From: an uncultured Candidatus Entotheonella sp.
Lineage (GTDB): Bacteria > Tectomicrobia > Entotheonellia > Entotheonellales > Entotheonellaceae
Direction of reading: 5' to 3'
Assembly (NCBI GenBank): GCA_965215335.1
Contig: CBDCDA010000001.1
Span: 1,984,001-2,048,000 of the forward strand
DNA length: 64,000 nucleotides
Of this stretch, positions 1-10,394 are shown piece by piece (position 1 is the first letter of the stretch; every line of letters begins with the position of its first letter). The notes under the pieces were generated by a model that did not search any database, was not told where the DNA came from, and saw nothing but the letters and a program-made list of their open reading frames with translations. The position numbers and the translations under genes were made by a program.

Positions 1-177
1 AAGCCATGGAGGCGGAGTAATCATCCCGGACAACCCCTGCTCTCATCCGTGAGGTCTCTTCTTCGGGAAGCATCGGAAGCGGGACTGCGACCTGAAAGTC
101 TCATTTCAGGCAGTGATTCCGACCGAAAGGAATTCCGGCAAGTGTGTAAACCAGCCCGGCCCTGGACGGGGAGCGTC

Positions 178-1179
178 TCAGGAGCCGGACAGGATGTCGT
201 TGGCGATGCCGACGAGGTCGCCTTCCAGACGGGCGCCCATCTGGCGGACAACGTCGTAAGCCACCCGTGCTCCCAGACGCGCCGCTCGTTCGGGCGCGGC
301 GCCGCTTGAAATGCCGTAAAGAACACCGGCGGCGTAGATGTCGCCGGCGCCGGTCATGTCGATGGCCCGGGTCTTCAGCGCCGGCACGTAGTGTCGTTCG
401 CCGTTCAGATGCACGTAGGAACCGCGTTCGCTGCACGTCACACAGACGTTGGCGCACTCACCCAGCAGTGTCGCGAGCGACGCCTGCGGGTCGCGCACTC
501 CGGTATACGCCTCAGCCTCGGATTCGTTAGCGAAAACCAGGTCGGCATAGGTCGAGACGATCCGCTTCAGGTCACCGCCGAACGCCTCCACCACGAAGCG
601 GTCGGAGAATGAAAAGGCGATGCGGGCGCCGTGCCGCTGGGCCAGGTCCATGGCGTGAAAGCTCGCCGCCCGTGTGCCCTCGCCCGCCAGCAAGTATCCC
701 TCCAGATACACCCACCGCGCCGCCGCCACGGTGTCCTCGTCAATGTCCTCGGGGCACAGTTGCGCCGAGGCGCCGAGGCAGGTCTTCATGGTGCGCTCGC
801 CGTCGGGCGTCACCAGCACCAGGCACAGGCCGGTGGTGTCGTCCGGCTTTCCGGTGCCGCTCAAGTGGATACCGCGTTGCCCGAACTCCGACCGATAGTG
901 CCGACCGGCATCGTCCTCGGCCAGCGAGCACGCATAAGCCGCCCTGCCGCCCATCTGCGCAACGCCCACAACCGTGTTGGCCGCCGAACCGCCGGCGTGC
1001 AATTCCCCTTCCCGGTCGCCGAGGCGCGCCAGAATGTCCGCCTGTTCCCGTGCATCGGTCAGTTCCATACGGCCCTTGCCGAGTTGCAAGGCTTGCAGCT
1101 CGGCGTCCGTCACCTTAACCTGCCGGTCGACAATACCATTGCCGACGCCATACACCATGTAGCGACGTTCAACGCCCAT
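178..1179 (-). CDS. PfkB-family carbohydrate/adenosine kinase
   Basis: GGSAANT near the N-terminus and C-terminal PfkB signature DMTGAGDIYAAG; DLVFANESEA. Confidence 0.9.
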   Translation of the reverse strand: MGVERRYMVYGVGNGIVDRQVKVTDAELQALQLGKGRMELTDAREQADILARLGDREGELHAGGSAANTVVGVAQMGGRAAYACSLAEDDAGRHYRSEFGQRGIHLSGTGKPDDTTGLCLVLVTPDGERTMKTCLGASAQLCPEDIDEDTVAAARWVYLEGYLLAGEGTRAASFHAMDLAQRHGARIAFSFSDRFVVEAFGGDLKRIVSTYADLVFANESEAEAYTGVRDPQASLATLLGECANVCVTCSERGSYVHLNGERHYVPALKTRAIDMTGAGDIYAAGVLYGISSGAAPERAARLGARVAYDVVRQMGARLEGDLVGIANDILSGS

Positions 1180-1261
1180 ATCTGTTCCTTCGTGCCCTTG
1201 GTAGATTTCGCATTCTTTGGTGGACCGTTGGCTTTTCCTATTCTATTCAATGGAACCTTCC

Positions 1262-2515
1262 ATGCAACGCACGCCCCGCTTCTACCACGGCTGGATCATC
1301 GTCGCCATCGCCAGCCTCACGATGATGGTCATCATCGGCATCTTCTTCACCTCCGGCGTGCTCTTCGCCGCCATCGTCTCGGAGTTCGGCTGGAGTCGCA
1401 CGACTGCCTCGCTGCCTTTCTCCATCGGGCTGATCAGCTACGCCGCCACCGCCTGGCTGGCCGGGCGGCTGTTCGACGCCTACGGCCCGCGCTGGCTGTT
1501 TCCGCTTGGTGCCCTGTGCATGGGCGGCGGCCTCATCGCCAGCGCGCAGGCGACGACGGTGTGGCACCTGGGCCTCGGCTGGGGCCTGCTGGCGGCGCAA
1601 GGGTTCAATCTGGCGGGATTCGCACCGCACCTGGCGCTGGTCTCCTTATGGTTCGAACGCCGCCGCGGCACCGCCGCCGGCCTGGTTCTCGGTGGCGCCA
1701 GCCTGGGCGCCCTGGTGATGGTGCCGCTCACGCAGTATCTCGTCGCCCTGCATGGCTGGCGCTGGACCTACACCGCCCTCGGCGTCGCCGTGATCCTGAT
1801 CCTGGCGCCGCTGAACGCGTTGTGGCAGCGTCACCGCCCGCAGGACATCGGCCTGCATCCCGAAGGCGCCGCAAAGCCGCCGTTTGCCGTAAATCCTGCT
1901 CCGGTGCCCCTGGACCTCTCGCATTTGCTGGAAAGCCTGCGCACCGCCCGCTTCTGGTGCCTGTTCGTCTCGGTGTGCAGCATCGGCTGGCTGTCGAACA
2001 TCACCAACGTGCACCAGCTCGCCCACCTGGTGGACAGCGGCTTTGCCGATCTGCTGGCGGCCTCGGTAATCGGCCTGACCGGCCTGCTGCGGGCGGTCAG
2101 CAGCGCCGTGTGGGGCAGCCTGTCCGACCGTTTCGGGCGCGAGCCGATTTACACTATGGGCACCGTGTTGTGCATGGTCGGCATCGGTTGCCTGGCGGGC
2201 CTGCGGCCGCCGGCTGCGCCAGGGTGGCTGTACGGCTATGCCATTGGCTTCGGACTTGGCTACGGCGTGCACGGCGCGGTGCAGGCGGCGGCCACTGCGG
2301 ACTCGTTTCCGGCGCGTCACCTGGGTACGATCCTGGGCGTCCTGGAACTGGGCTGGGGTGTCGGCGGTTTTGGTGGCGCGTGGCTGGGCGGCTACTGGTA
2401 CGACCATCATGGTGGCTACCGCGGCGCCTTCGTGATCACCGTCCTCATCTGTGCGCTCGGCTGCCTGGGGATGTGGCTGGCGGCGCCGCGTCGCAATCGG
2501 CTCCGGCCACTTTAG
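1262..2515 (+). CDS. MFS transporter (OFA/MCT-like)
   Basis: About 12 hydrophobic segments; GRLFDAYGPR and GSLSDRFGRE MFS loop motifs; FYHGWIIV start; start could be 1250. Confidence 0.88.
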   Translation: MQRTPRFYHGWIIVAIASLTMMVIIGIFFTSGVLFAAIVSEFGWSRTTASLPFSIGLISYAATAWLAGRLFDAYGPRWLFPLGALCMGGGLIASAQATTVWHLGLGWGLLAAQGFNLAGFAPHLALVSLWFERRRGTAAGLVLGGASLGALVMVPLTQYLVALHGWRWTYTALGVAVILILAPLNALWQRHRPQDIGLHPEGAAKPPFAVNPAPVPLDLSHLLESLRTARFWCLFVSVCSIGWLSNITNVHQLAHLVDSGFADLLAASVIGLTGLLRAVSSAVWGSLSDRFGREPIYTMGTVLCMVGIGCLAGLRPPAAPGWLYGYAIGFGLGYGVHGAVQAAATADSFPARHLGTILGVLELGWGVGGFGGAWLGGYWYDHHGGYRGAFVITVLICALGCLGMWLAAPRRNRLRPL

Positions 2516-2618
2516 CGGTTGACTTCACGCCCTGTCTTGCTTCACAGTGGAGGGACTCCACGAAATCCGGTTATAAAACCCCACAACTCGAACGACACCC
2601 CCAGTTGGAAGGACCGCC

Positions 2619-3641
2619 ATGTGCAACAAGACCTTCTACGCCTGTCTGTTCATCGCGTTCACGGTGGCCGTGCTGGCCGGCATCGCGCACGCTGGCAAGA
2701 CCCTCGATGCCGTCATGGCGCGTGACACCGTGCGGTGTGGCGTCAGCACCGGCCTGGCTGGTTTCGCCATCGCCGACAGCACAGGCCGCTGGACCGGGCT
2801 AGATACCGACTTCTGCCGCGGGTTGGCCGCCGCCGTGCTCGGCGGCGCCGCCAAGGTGACCTTCGTGCCGCTCTCCGCTCAGCAGCGCTTTACCGCCCTG
2901 CAATCGGGCGAGGTCGACCTGCTCAGCCGCAACACCACCTGGACGCTGACGCGCGATGCCGCCCTCGGCCTGATGTTCGCCGGCGTGACGTTCTACGACG
3001 GCCAGGGCTTCATGGTGCCCAGCGACCTCGGCGTGCGGAGCGCCACCGATCTAGATGGTGCCGAGGTGTGCGTGCAAACCGGCACCACGACCGAGCTCAA
3101 CCTGGCCGATTACTTCCGCGCCAACAACATGAGCTTCAAGCCCGTCGTCTTCGAGAGCCTGGAAGAATCCATATCGGCCTTCTTCAACGGCCGCTGCCAG
3201 GTGTACACCGCCGACCGCTCCGGCCTCGCCGCCATCCTGGCGGTCGACGCGCCGAACCCCGACGACTACGTCATCCTGCCCGAAACCATCTCCAAAGAGC
3301 CCTTGGGCCCGGTGGTGCGGCGCGGCGACGACGACTGGTTCACCATCGTCAAGTGGTTGGTCTACGCGCTGATCGAGGCGGAGGAGAAGGGCGTAACGCA
3401 GGCCAACGTGGCGTCCATGATGGACAGCCAAGACCCGGCGGTGAAGCGCCTGCTGGGGGTCTCGGGCGACATGGGCACGAAGCTCGGCCTCAGCAGTTCT
3501 TGGGCGATGCAGGGCATCCAGGCCGTCGGCAACTACGGCGAAATCTACGACCGCAACGTGCTGCCGATCGGCTTGGCGCGCACCGGCTCCAACCGTCTGT
3601 GGACGCAGGGCGGCCTGATGTACGCCATGCCGCTGCGCTGA
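2619..3641 (+). CDS. aapJ: General L-amino acid ABC transporter substrate-binding protein (AapJ/BztA)
   Basis: Signal peptide; RFTALQSGEVDLLSRNTTWTLTRD, ISKEPLGP, VGNYGEIYDRN; RBS GGAAGGA. Confidence 0.93.
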   Translation: MCNKTFYACLFIAFTVAVLAGIAHAGKTLDAVMARDTVRCGVSTGLAGFAIADSTGRWTGLDTDFCRGLAAAVLGGAAKVTFVPLSAQQRFTALQSGEVDLLSRNTTWTLTRDAALGLMFAGVTFYDGQGFMVPSDLGVRSATDLDGAEVCVQTGTTTELNLADYFRANNMSFKPVVFESLEESISAFFNGRCQVYTADRSGLAAILAVDAPNPDDYVILPETISKEPLGPVVRRGDDDWFTIVKWLVYALIEAEEKGVTQANVASMMDSQDPAVKRLLGVSGDMGTKLGLSSSWAMQGIQAVGNYGEIYDRNVLPIGLARTGSNRLWTQGGLMYAMPLR

Positions 3642-3675
3642 GACCACGTCGCTCTCGCCCCGGGAATTGCACACG

Positions 3676-4851
3676 ATGGTATCCCCAGCGACGCCCGCGC
3701 CCATCGCGATCTGGCGCAACCAGCGCTTTCGGCTGGTGCTTTACCAAGCCGTCGCGCTGCTGCTCGTCATCGCCATCGGGGCGTACCTCGTCTCCAACAC
3801 CCTGGCCAACCTGGAGGAACGGTCGATCCGCACCGGCTTCGGGTTTCTGGGTCGTGAGGCGGGGTTCCGCATCGGCGAGAGCGTCATCCCCTACGATGCC
3901 TCGGACAGTTACGGGCGCGCCTATGTCGTCGGCATCCTGAACACGCTGCGGGTCTCCCTGCTGGGCATCGTGCTCGCCACGCTCATCGGCGTGCTGGTCG
4001 GCATGGCCCGCTTGTCGCGCAACTGGCTGGTCGTGCGGCTGGCGTCGCTATACGTCGAGATGGTGCGCAACGTACCATTGCTGCTGCAGCTGTTCTTCTG
4101 GTACACGGTGATCACCGGCCTGCTTCCCTCGGTGCGCCAAGCGGTGCAGTTGCTGCCGGGAGTATACCTGAGCAAGAGCGGGCTGATGTTCCCGACGCCG
4201 GTGCCGCACCCCGGCCATCCATACATGGCGGCGGCGCTGGTGATTGGCTGCGGCTTGGCGTGGGGCTATCGGGCCTGGGCACGGCGGCGTCAGGAAGTCA
4301 CCGGACAGGTCTCCAGGCTGCTGCTGCCATCGCTGGGGCTGGTCTTCGGGCCACCGCTGCTGGCATGGCTGGTCAGCGGCGCCCCGACGACGCTGGATGT
4401 CCCCGTCTTCACGCGCTTCACCTTTCGCGGCGGCGGCGGCATCACGCCGGAATTTCTCTCGCTGCTGGCGGGACTCGTCCTGTACACCGCCGCCTTCATC
4501 GCCGAAAACGTGCGCGGCGGCATTCAGGCGGTGCCGCGTGGCCAGAGCGAGGCGGCGGCGGCTCTGGGACTGCGCCGCGGCACCGCCCTGCGCCTGGTCA
4601 TCCTGCCGCAGGCCCTGCGCATCGTCATTCCACCAACCACCAATCAGTACCTCAACCTGGCGAAAAACAGCTCCCTGGCCGTGGCTATCGGCTATCCTGA
4701 TCTGGTGGCGGTGACCAACACGTCGCTGAACCAGAACGGCCAGGCCATCGAGTGCATCGCGATCATGATGGGCGTTTACCTGACCATCAGCCTGTCCATT
4801 TCCGTGGCGATGAACGTGTACGACCGCTACGTTGCCCTGGTGGAGCGCTGA
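3676..4851 (+). CDS. aapQ: Amino acid ABC transporter permease (AapQ/BztB)
   Basis: RNVPLLLQLFFWY, EAA loop GQSEAAAALGL, NLAKNSSLAVAIGYPDL. Confidence 0.92.
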   Translation: MVSPATPAPIAIWRNQRFRLVLYQAVALLLVIAIGAYLVSNTLANLEERSIRTGFGFLGREAGFRIGESVIPYDASDSYGRAYVVGILNTLRVSLLGIVLATLIGVLVGMARLSRNWLVVRLASLYVEMVRNVPLLLQLFFWYTVITGLLPSVRQAVQLLPGVYLSKSGLMFPTPVPHPGHPYMAAALVIGCGLAWGYRAWARRRQEVTGQVSRLLLPSLGLVFGPPLLAWLVSGAPTTLDVPVFTRFTFRGGGGITPEFLSLLAGLVLYTAAFIAENVRGGIQAVPRGQSEAAAALGLRRGTALRLVILPQALRIVIPPTTNQYLNLAKNSSLAVAIGYPDLVAVTNTSLNQNGQAIECIAIMMGVYLTISLSISVAMNVYDRYVALVER

Positions 4852-4853
4852 GC

Positions 4854-5930
4854 ATGGCCGCCATTGCACCGGCCCCGCCGCGGCCCGGCGCCGTCGTCTG
4901 GCTGCGAGCCAACCTGTTCAGCGGCTGGTTCAATACCGTCCTGACGCTGCTGGCGCTGTTCCTGCTCCTGCGGGCGCTGCCGCCGCTGTTCGACTGGGGC
5001 GTGGCGCACGCCGTCTGGAGGGCCGCCGACCCCGACGTCTGCAAGGAGGCCAGCGGCGCCTGCTGGGCGATGATCCACGACAAGTACCGCCTCATCCTGT
5101 TCGGGCGTTACCCGTACGCGGAGCAGTGGCGGCCGCTGCTGGGTCTGGCCCTGCTGGTGGGCATGGTCGCGGTCAGTTGTAACCGCAACGCCTGGGGCCT
5201 GCGGCTGGCCGAGGCGTGGCTCGTGGCGCTGGCGGCGTGGTTCCTGCTGATGTGGGGCGGCGTGGCGGGGCTGACGTTCGTGCCCAACAACCTGTGGGGT
5301 GGCCTGCCGCTGACGCTCATTCTCACCGTCATCGGCCTGGCCGTCGCCTTTCCGCTGTCGATCTTCCTGGCCCTGGGGCGGCGCTCGCGCATGCCGGTGA
5401 TCCGTATCCTGTGCCGTCTGTACATCGAGATCATTCGCGGCGTGCCGCTCATCAGCCTGCTGTTCATGGCCTCCTTCATGCTGCCGCTGTTCCTGCCCAC
5501 CGGCGTCAGCATCGACGAGGTGCTGCGGGCGCAGGTGGCCATCGTCCTGTTCTCGGCGGCCTATCTCGCCGAGGCGGTGCGCGGCGGCCTGCAGGCGATT
5601 CCCAAGGGCCAGCACGAAGCGGCGCACGCCCTCGGCCTCAGCTACTGGCGGACGCAGAGAAAAATCATCCTGCCGCAGGCCATTGCAGTTGCCATTCCGG
5701 CTATCGTCAACATCTTCATCGGGCTGTTCAAGGACACCTCGCTGGTAGCGATCGTCAGCCTCACCGATCTGCTGCTGGCCATGCGCCAAGCCATTGCCGA
5801 CCCGCAGTGGCGCCAGTTTTTCGTCGAGGGCTACGTCTTCATCGCCATGATTTACTTCGTGGTGTGCTTCTTCATGTCGAAATACAGTCAATACCTGGAA
5901 ACGCAGTTCCGTAGCGGGCAGCAGCGCTGA
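4854..5930 (+). CDS. aapM: Amino acid ABC transporter permease (AapM/BztC)
   Basis: WGGLPLTL, RGVPLISLLF, GQHEAAHALGL, FKDTSLV. Confidence 0.92.
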   Translation: MAAIAPAPPRPGAVVWLRANLFSGWFNTVLTLLALFLLLRALPPLFDWGVAHAVWRAADPDVCKEASGACWAMIHDKYRLILFGRYPYAEQWRPLLGLALLVGMVAVSCNRNAWGLRLAEAWLVALAAWFLLMWGGVAGLTFVPNNLWGGLPLTLILTVIGLAVAFPLSIFLALGRRSRMPVIRILCRLYIEIIRGVPLISLLFMASFMLPLFLPTGVSIDEVLRAQVAIVLFSAAYLAEAVRGGLQAIPKGQHEAAHALGLSYWRTQRKIILPQAIAVAIPAIVNIFIGLFKDTSLVAIVSLTDLLLAMRQAIADPQWRQFFVEGYVFIAMIYFVVCFFMSKYSQYLETQFRSGQQR

Positions 5931-5965
5931 ACCGCGCCCTCGCGGGCTGAGGAAGGAGAATCTGC

Positions 5966-6724
5966 ATGGCCGCAACGGCCGCCAACGCCGGAACGATGGT
6001 GCACATACAGGGCTTGCACAAGTGGTACGGCCAGATGCACGTGCTCAACGACATCAATCTGGATGTGGCGCGCAGGGAGCGGGTCGTCATTTGCGGGCCG
6101 TCGGGCTCCGGCAAGTCCACCCTGATTCGCTGCATCAACCGTCTGGAGGAGCATCAGCAGGGCCGCCTGGTCGTTGACGGCGTGGAACTGACCAACGACC
6201 TCAAGAACATCGACACCGTGCGGCGCGAGGTGGGGATGGTGTTCCAGCACTTCAACCTGTTCCCGCACCTAACCGTGCTGGAAAACTGCACCCTGGCGCC
6301 CATGTGGGTGCGCGGGCGGCCGCGGCGCGACGCCGAGGATCTGGCCATGCAGTACCTGGAGCGGGTGCGCATTCCCGAGCAGGCCGGCAAGTTTCCAGGG
6401 CAACTCTCCGGCGGCCAGCAGCAGCGGGTGGCCATCGCCCGTTCGCTGTGCATGCAGCCGAACGTCATGCTCTTCGATGAGCCGACCTCGGCGCTCGACC
6501 CCGAAATGATCTCCGAGGTGCTCGACGTGATGATCGACCTGGCCGAGTCCGGCATGACGATGCTGTGCGTCACCCACGAAATGGGCTTCGCCCGCCAGGT
6601 CGCCAACCGCGTGGTGTTCATGGACGCCGGCGAGATCATCGAGGCAGGCCCGCCCGAAACCTTCTTCAACAACCCGCAGTCCGAGCGAACCCGCCTGTTT
6701 CTGAGCCAGATTCTGTCGCACTGA
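5966..6724 (+). CDS. aapP: Amino acid ABC transporter ATP-binding protein (AapP/BztD)
   Basis: Walker [22 protein letters not shown], Walker [11 protein letters not shown]. Confidence 0.95.
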   Translation: MAATAANAGTMVHIQGLHKWYGQMHVLNDINLDVARRERVVICGPSGSGKSTLIRCINRLEEHQQGRLVVDGVELTNDLKNIDTVRREVGMVFQHFNLFPHLTVLENCTLAPMWVRGRPRRDAEDLAMQYLERVRIPEQAGKFPGQLSGGQQQRVAIARSLCMQPNVMLFDEPTSALDPEMISEVLDVMIDLAESGMTMLCVTHEMGFARQVANRVVFMDAGEIIEAGPPETFFNNPQSERTRLFLSQILSH

Positions 6725-6804
6725 ACAGGAACAACCCCCCAACCCCCTTGTCGGGAGGGCTTCCCGGCACGTAAACCATGTTCCCGGTTTGTACGCCGCC
6801 GAAT

Positions 6805-7470
6805 CTACACGGCGATGACGGGCGAAATGACGTTGTCGCGCAGCCACTCGGAGAGGTCCGCAAGGCTGCGGGCGTTGATTTCGTGGCCGCTATCGTACTC
6901 GCGGTAGGTGAGGGGAAGGCGCAGGGCGCGGAGGGTTTCGACGGACTCACGAGCGCGATCGACGGCGACGAGCTCGTCGCGCGAGCCGTGCTGGATGAGG
7001 GTGGGCAGGTATCGCAGGGTGTCGGGGTCGGTAACGTTCTCGACCGCCTCGGGCGGGCACCAGGTACTGAGGGCGGCCAGAGCGGCAAAACGCTCCGGTG
7101 TGCCGAGGGCCAGGGTGTAGGCCATCACGCCGCCCTGGCTGAAGCCGACGACGCCGAGCTTCTTGGCGTCAACCGGGTACCGTTCCGCCGCTGCGTCGAG
7201 GAAATTCAGGATACGCTCGCGCGCCGTCCCCAGTTCTTGCGGCTTGGGTGGCGTCCCCGGAACCAGTGGGTACCAGCCGTAGCCCGTCATGCCGGGTCCG
7301 AGCGGCGCTTGCACCGGCCCCTGCGGGCACAGGACGAGAAAGCGCCCGGCGGCCAGGTGCGGCGCCAGGCCGAGCAAGTCCAGGGCGTTGGCCCCCCAGC
7401 CGTGCAGGACCAGCAGCGTCGGGTGCGGACCGTCGCCCGGCGGCTCGTGGATGGTGTGAACCAGGTCCAT
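6805..7470 (-). CDS. Alpha/beta hydrolase (phospholipase/carboxylesterase)
   Basis: LHGWGAN, nucleophile GFSQG, HGSRDELV, GHEI; RBS AAGGAG. Confidence 0.9.
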   Translation of the reverse strand: MDLVHTIHEPPGDGPHPTLLVLHGWGANALDLLGLAPHLAAGRFLVLCPQGPVQAPLGPGMTGYGWYPLVPGTPPKPQELGTARERILNFLDAAAERYPVDAKKLGVVGFSQGGVMAYTLALGTPERFAALAALSTWCPPEAVENVTDPDTLRYLPTLIQHGSRDELVAVDRARESVETLRALRLPLTYREYDSGHEINARSLADLSEWLRDNVISPVIAV

Positions 7471-7481
7471 GTCGTTCTCCT

Positions 7482-8243
7482 TTAATCGTTCAGCAGTTCG
7501 ATGACCTGCGGGTGCAAGGTCTCGTTCGCCGCCACGCACGAGGCGCCGCTGGCGGCATCCTCTCCCGTCCACGTGGTGATGACTCCTCCGGCGCCGCGAA
7601 TGACCGGGATCAGCGGCAGCAGGTCCCACGGATTCATGATGGGATCGAGCATGACGTCGGCGCCGCCGCTGGCCAGCAGAAGATACCCGAAGCAGTCACC
7701 CCAGGTGCGAAACAGCCGCGTGCGGCCCCGCAGCGCCTCGAAGCGTTCGAGTCTCTGATGCCGCGCGACGTTGCCCAAATCGGTCGCCAGCAAGGTGGCC
7801 TCTTCCAGCCGCGAGCATCTCCGCAGCCGCACGGCGCGCTCGTTCAGCGTGGCGCTCGCGTTGTCCCCGACACACAGTTGCTCCAGGACCGGCTGGTGAA
7901 TGGCCCCCAGCACCGGCTTTCCCTCGTGCAGCAGCCCGATCAGCGTGCCGAACAGCGGGCAGCCGCTGGCAAACGAGATGGTGCCGTCGATTGGGTCAAG
8001 CACCCACACGAATTCCGCCCCGTCGTTCTCTGTCCCGAATTCCTCCCCGACGATGCCATGCTGCGGGTAATGCTGGCCGATCAATTCCCGCATCACTGCC
8101 TCCGCCTCGCGGTCGGCCTGTGTCACCGGGCTGCGGTCGCCCTTGAACTCCACATCCAGGTCGGGCGTGGCAAAATACGGCCGGATCACCTCGCCGCTCG
8201 CCGCCGCCAGCTTTTCTACGAACGCTCGCCCTTCCGTCTCCAT
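7482..8243 (-). CDS. hisN: Inositol monophosphatase family, probable histidinol-phosphate phosphatase
   Basis: SPVTQADREAE, GIVGEEFG, WVLDPIDGT, FGTLIGL, GDCFGY, PWD. Confidence 0.8.
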   Translation of the reverse strand: METEGRAFVEKLAAASGEVIRPYFATPDLDVEFKGDRSPVTQADREAEAVMRELIGQHYPQHGIVGEEFGTENDGAEFVWVLDPIDGTISFASGCPLFGTLIGLLHEGKPVLGAIHQPVLEQLCVGDNASATLNERAVRLRRCSRLEEATLLATDLGNVARHQRLERFEALRGRTRLFRTWGDCFGYLLLASGGADVMLDPIMNPWDLLPLIPVIRGAGGVITTWTGEDAASGASCVAANETLHPQVIELLND

Positions 8244-8430
8244 CACGGCTTTCTTCCCTCATGGTGTCCAAGTCCTCTGTTCATCTGTCGTGATCCCTAT
8301 TCCATTGTACACGCAACGCCCCGGCCCTCCACGTCGTGTCTTGCGAGGCCGTGGACCCGACTTCAGATTTCGTGCTACTATTTTGCTCTCTACGTTCCCC
8401 ACGAAATCTTCCGTAAAAGGGCTTTGCTGC

Positions 8431-9336
8431 ATGTCTGAAATCCGCCTCATGGTGTCCCGTCACTCCGCCTTTTACAGCCCGTTGATCGCCGCCATTGCCG
8501 GGGGGTTTCTGGAAAAAGAGGGGCTGACCGGCACGTACGCCGTGGTGCCCAGGGGCTCCGGCACGCCCGTCGAGGTCGGTGCCGGGCGGGTGGACGTGGG
8601 ACAGGCGGCGGTGGCGTCGTCGTGGGGGGCACTGGACCGCGGCGAGGAGTCGCCGGTGGTGCACTTTGCCCAGATCAATCGTTGCGACGGCTTCTTCATC
8701 GCCTCTCGCCAGCCGGACCCGTCATTCACCTGGGACAAGCTGCTCAGCGGGCGTTTCCTATACGTGCACGGCGGCCAGCCCGAAATCATGCTGCGCTACG
8801 GCCTGCACAAAATGGGCGTCGACCTGAGCAACGTGCCGGACATCAGCAAGCCGACGACGCCCGAGATGATGGACGCCTTCCGCGACGGCGAGGGGGATTA
8901 CTTCCACGAACAGGGCGCCTACCCGCAGCAGCTCGCTCACGAGGGCGTTGCACACGTGGTGGCGTCGGTCGGCGAGGCGGTCGGTCCCATCGCTTTCAGC
9001 AGCCTGGCCGCGCGGCCAGGCTGGCTGGCCACGGACGACGCCCGGCGCTTCACCGCGGCCTACACCGCGGCCCGCCGATGGGTGCACACCGCGGACCCGG
9101 CGGAGGTAGCGCGGGCCGAGGCCGATTTCTTCCCGGACATGGCGGTGGAGGCCGTGACCGAGGCCATCCGCACGTACCAGCAACTAGACGCCTGGTCGGG
9201 CGACATTCCCATCGAGCCGGCCCTGTACGAAGCGGCCCTCGACGCCTTTGCGCACGGCGGCCGCAACGGCCCCCCGGCACCCGTACGAGCGGGTGGTCGT
9301 GACGCCCCCCGCCATCTGACCGCCGTGTCGCCGTAA
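8431..9336 (+). CDS. ABC substrate-binding protein, NMT1/THI5/SsuA-like (C-terminus possibly frameshifted)
   Basis: RHSAFYSPLIA, VHFAQINRCDGFF, IAFSSL; a more family-like tail RHPYERVVVTPP lies in another frame after a C run at ~9270. Confidence 0.7.
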   Translation: MSEIRLMVSRHSAFYSPLIAAIAGGFLEKEGLTGTYAVVPRGSGTPVEVGAGRVDVGQAAVASSWGALDRGEESPVVHFAQINRCDGFFIASRQPDPSFTWDKLLSGRFLYVHGGQPEIMLRYGLHKMGVDLSNVPDISKPTTPEMMDAFRDGEGDYFHEQGAYPQQLAHEGVAHVVASVGEAVGPIAFSSLAARPGWLATDDARRFTAAYTAARRWVHTADPAEVARAEADFFPDMAVEAVTEAIRTYQQLDAWSGDIPIEPALYEAALDAFAHGGRNGPPAPVRAGGRDAPRHLTAVSP

Positions 9337-9345
9337 GGACATCCC

Positions 9346-10362
9346 ATGACCCTGAAGCTGAGCATTCTCGACCTGAGCCCGTTATACGACTCGGAAACCG
9401 CCGCGCAAGCCTTCCAGCGCACCATCGAACTCGCCCAAAAGGCGGAGGAATGGGGATATTACCGCTTCTGGGTCTCCGAGCACCACGGCTCCGACCGCGT
9501 GGTCGGTTCGTCCCCCGAGGTGTTGATTTCGCACCTGCTGGCCAAGACCAAGCGCATCCGGGTGGGCTCGGGCGGCGTCATGCTGCAGCACTACAGCCCC
9601 TACAAGGTGGTCGAGAATTTCAACGTGCTGGCGTCGCTGGCGCCAGGCCGGGTGGACCTGGGCATCGGGCGCGGACCGGGGGGCATGCCGCAATCCACAC
9701 GCGCCCTGCAGCAGGGGAGCGGCCGCGCGGGCCGGCCGTTGTCGGAAAAGTTGGTCGAGCTGGAGCAACTGCTGCACGATCGGGTGGCGGTGGATCACCC
9801 GTTGCACGGCCTGCGCGCCTCGCCGCTGCCGCCGCAGCCCGCCGAACTGTTTCTGCTCGGCACCAGCCCGGCCAGCGCCGAACTGGCCGCCGACATGGCC
9901 ATCCCGTACGTCTTTGCCTATTTCCTGAACAGCGACGACGCCATGATGTGCGAAGCCGTGGCCGTGTATCGGGAGCGCTTCGCCGCCGTCAACGCCGCCC
10001 GCCCGCAGGTGATGCTGGCGCTGCCGGTGATCGTTGCCGATACCGATGCGGAGGCCCGCGCCCGCGCCGCCGAGATCAACGTGGTGCGCATCCGCCTGGA
10101 GAGCGGGCGCACGTTGACCGTCGGTAATCTGGAGGGCGCCGAGGAGTTTGGCCGCCAGGCGGGTGAGGCCTACACGCTCGACGTGCAGCAGGCGCGGGTC
10201 ATCCACGGCTCACCGGACACCGTGCGCCAGCGGCTTGCCGACCTGCAGCGGGATTATCGGGTTGACGAGATCATGGTCATCACGGCCATCAAGGATTTTC
10301 GCAAACGGCTCCATTCCTACGCCCTGCTCAGTGACCTGTTTACCTGCGCCGCCTCGGCATGA
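9346..10362 (+). CDS. Luciferase-like (LLM) flavin monooxygenase, YtmO/CmoO-like
   Basis: [49 protein letters not shown]. Confidence 0.88.
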   Translation: MTLKLSILDLSPLYDSETAAQAFQRTIELAQKAEEWGYYRFWVSEHHGSDRVVGSSPEVLISHLLAKTKRIRVGSGGVMLQHYSPYKVVENFNVLASLAPGRVDLGIGRGPGGMPQSTRALQQGSGRAGRPLSEKLVELEQLLHDRVAVDHPLHGLRASPLPPQPAELFLLGTSPASAELAADMAIPYVFAYFLNSDDAMMCEAVAVYRERFAAVNAARPQVMLALPVIVADTDAEARARAAEINVVRIRLESGRTLTVGNLEGAEEFGRQAGEAYTLDVQQARVIHGSPDTVRQRLADLQRDYRVDEIMVITAIKDFRKRLHSYALLSDLFTCAASA

Positions 10363-10394
10363 GGCGGCCGCCAAGCCGAACGGGAGAATTGCCG

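Noticed and set aside
1..180. Glycine or SAM-I riboswitch (CTTTCAGGT, GATGAG words) or IS256-like end (GTGTGTAAA)
   Set aside because: Only isolated words match; the other conserved elements or a partner inverted repeat are missing
631..2802. 723-aa ORF and other long alternative-frame or antisense ORFs (e.g. 18615-20789, 27069-29171, 32106-33884, 50535-52733, 59897-61954)
   Set aside because: Shadow ORFs of GC-rich genes: Arg/Ala/Gly/Pro-rich, no family motifs, and overlapping well-supported CDSs
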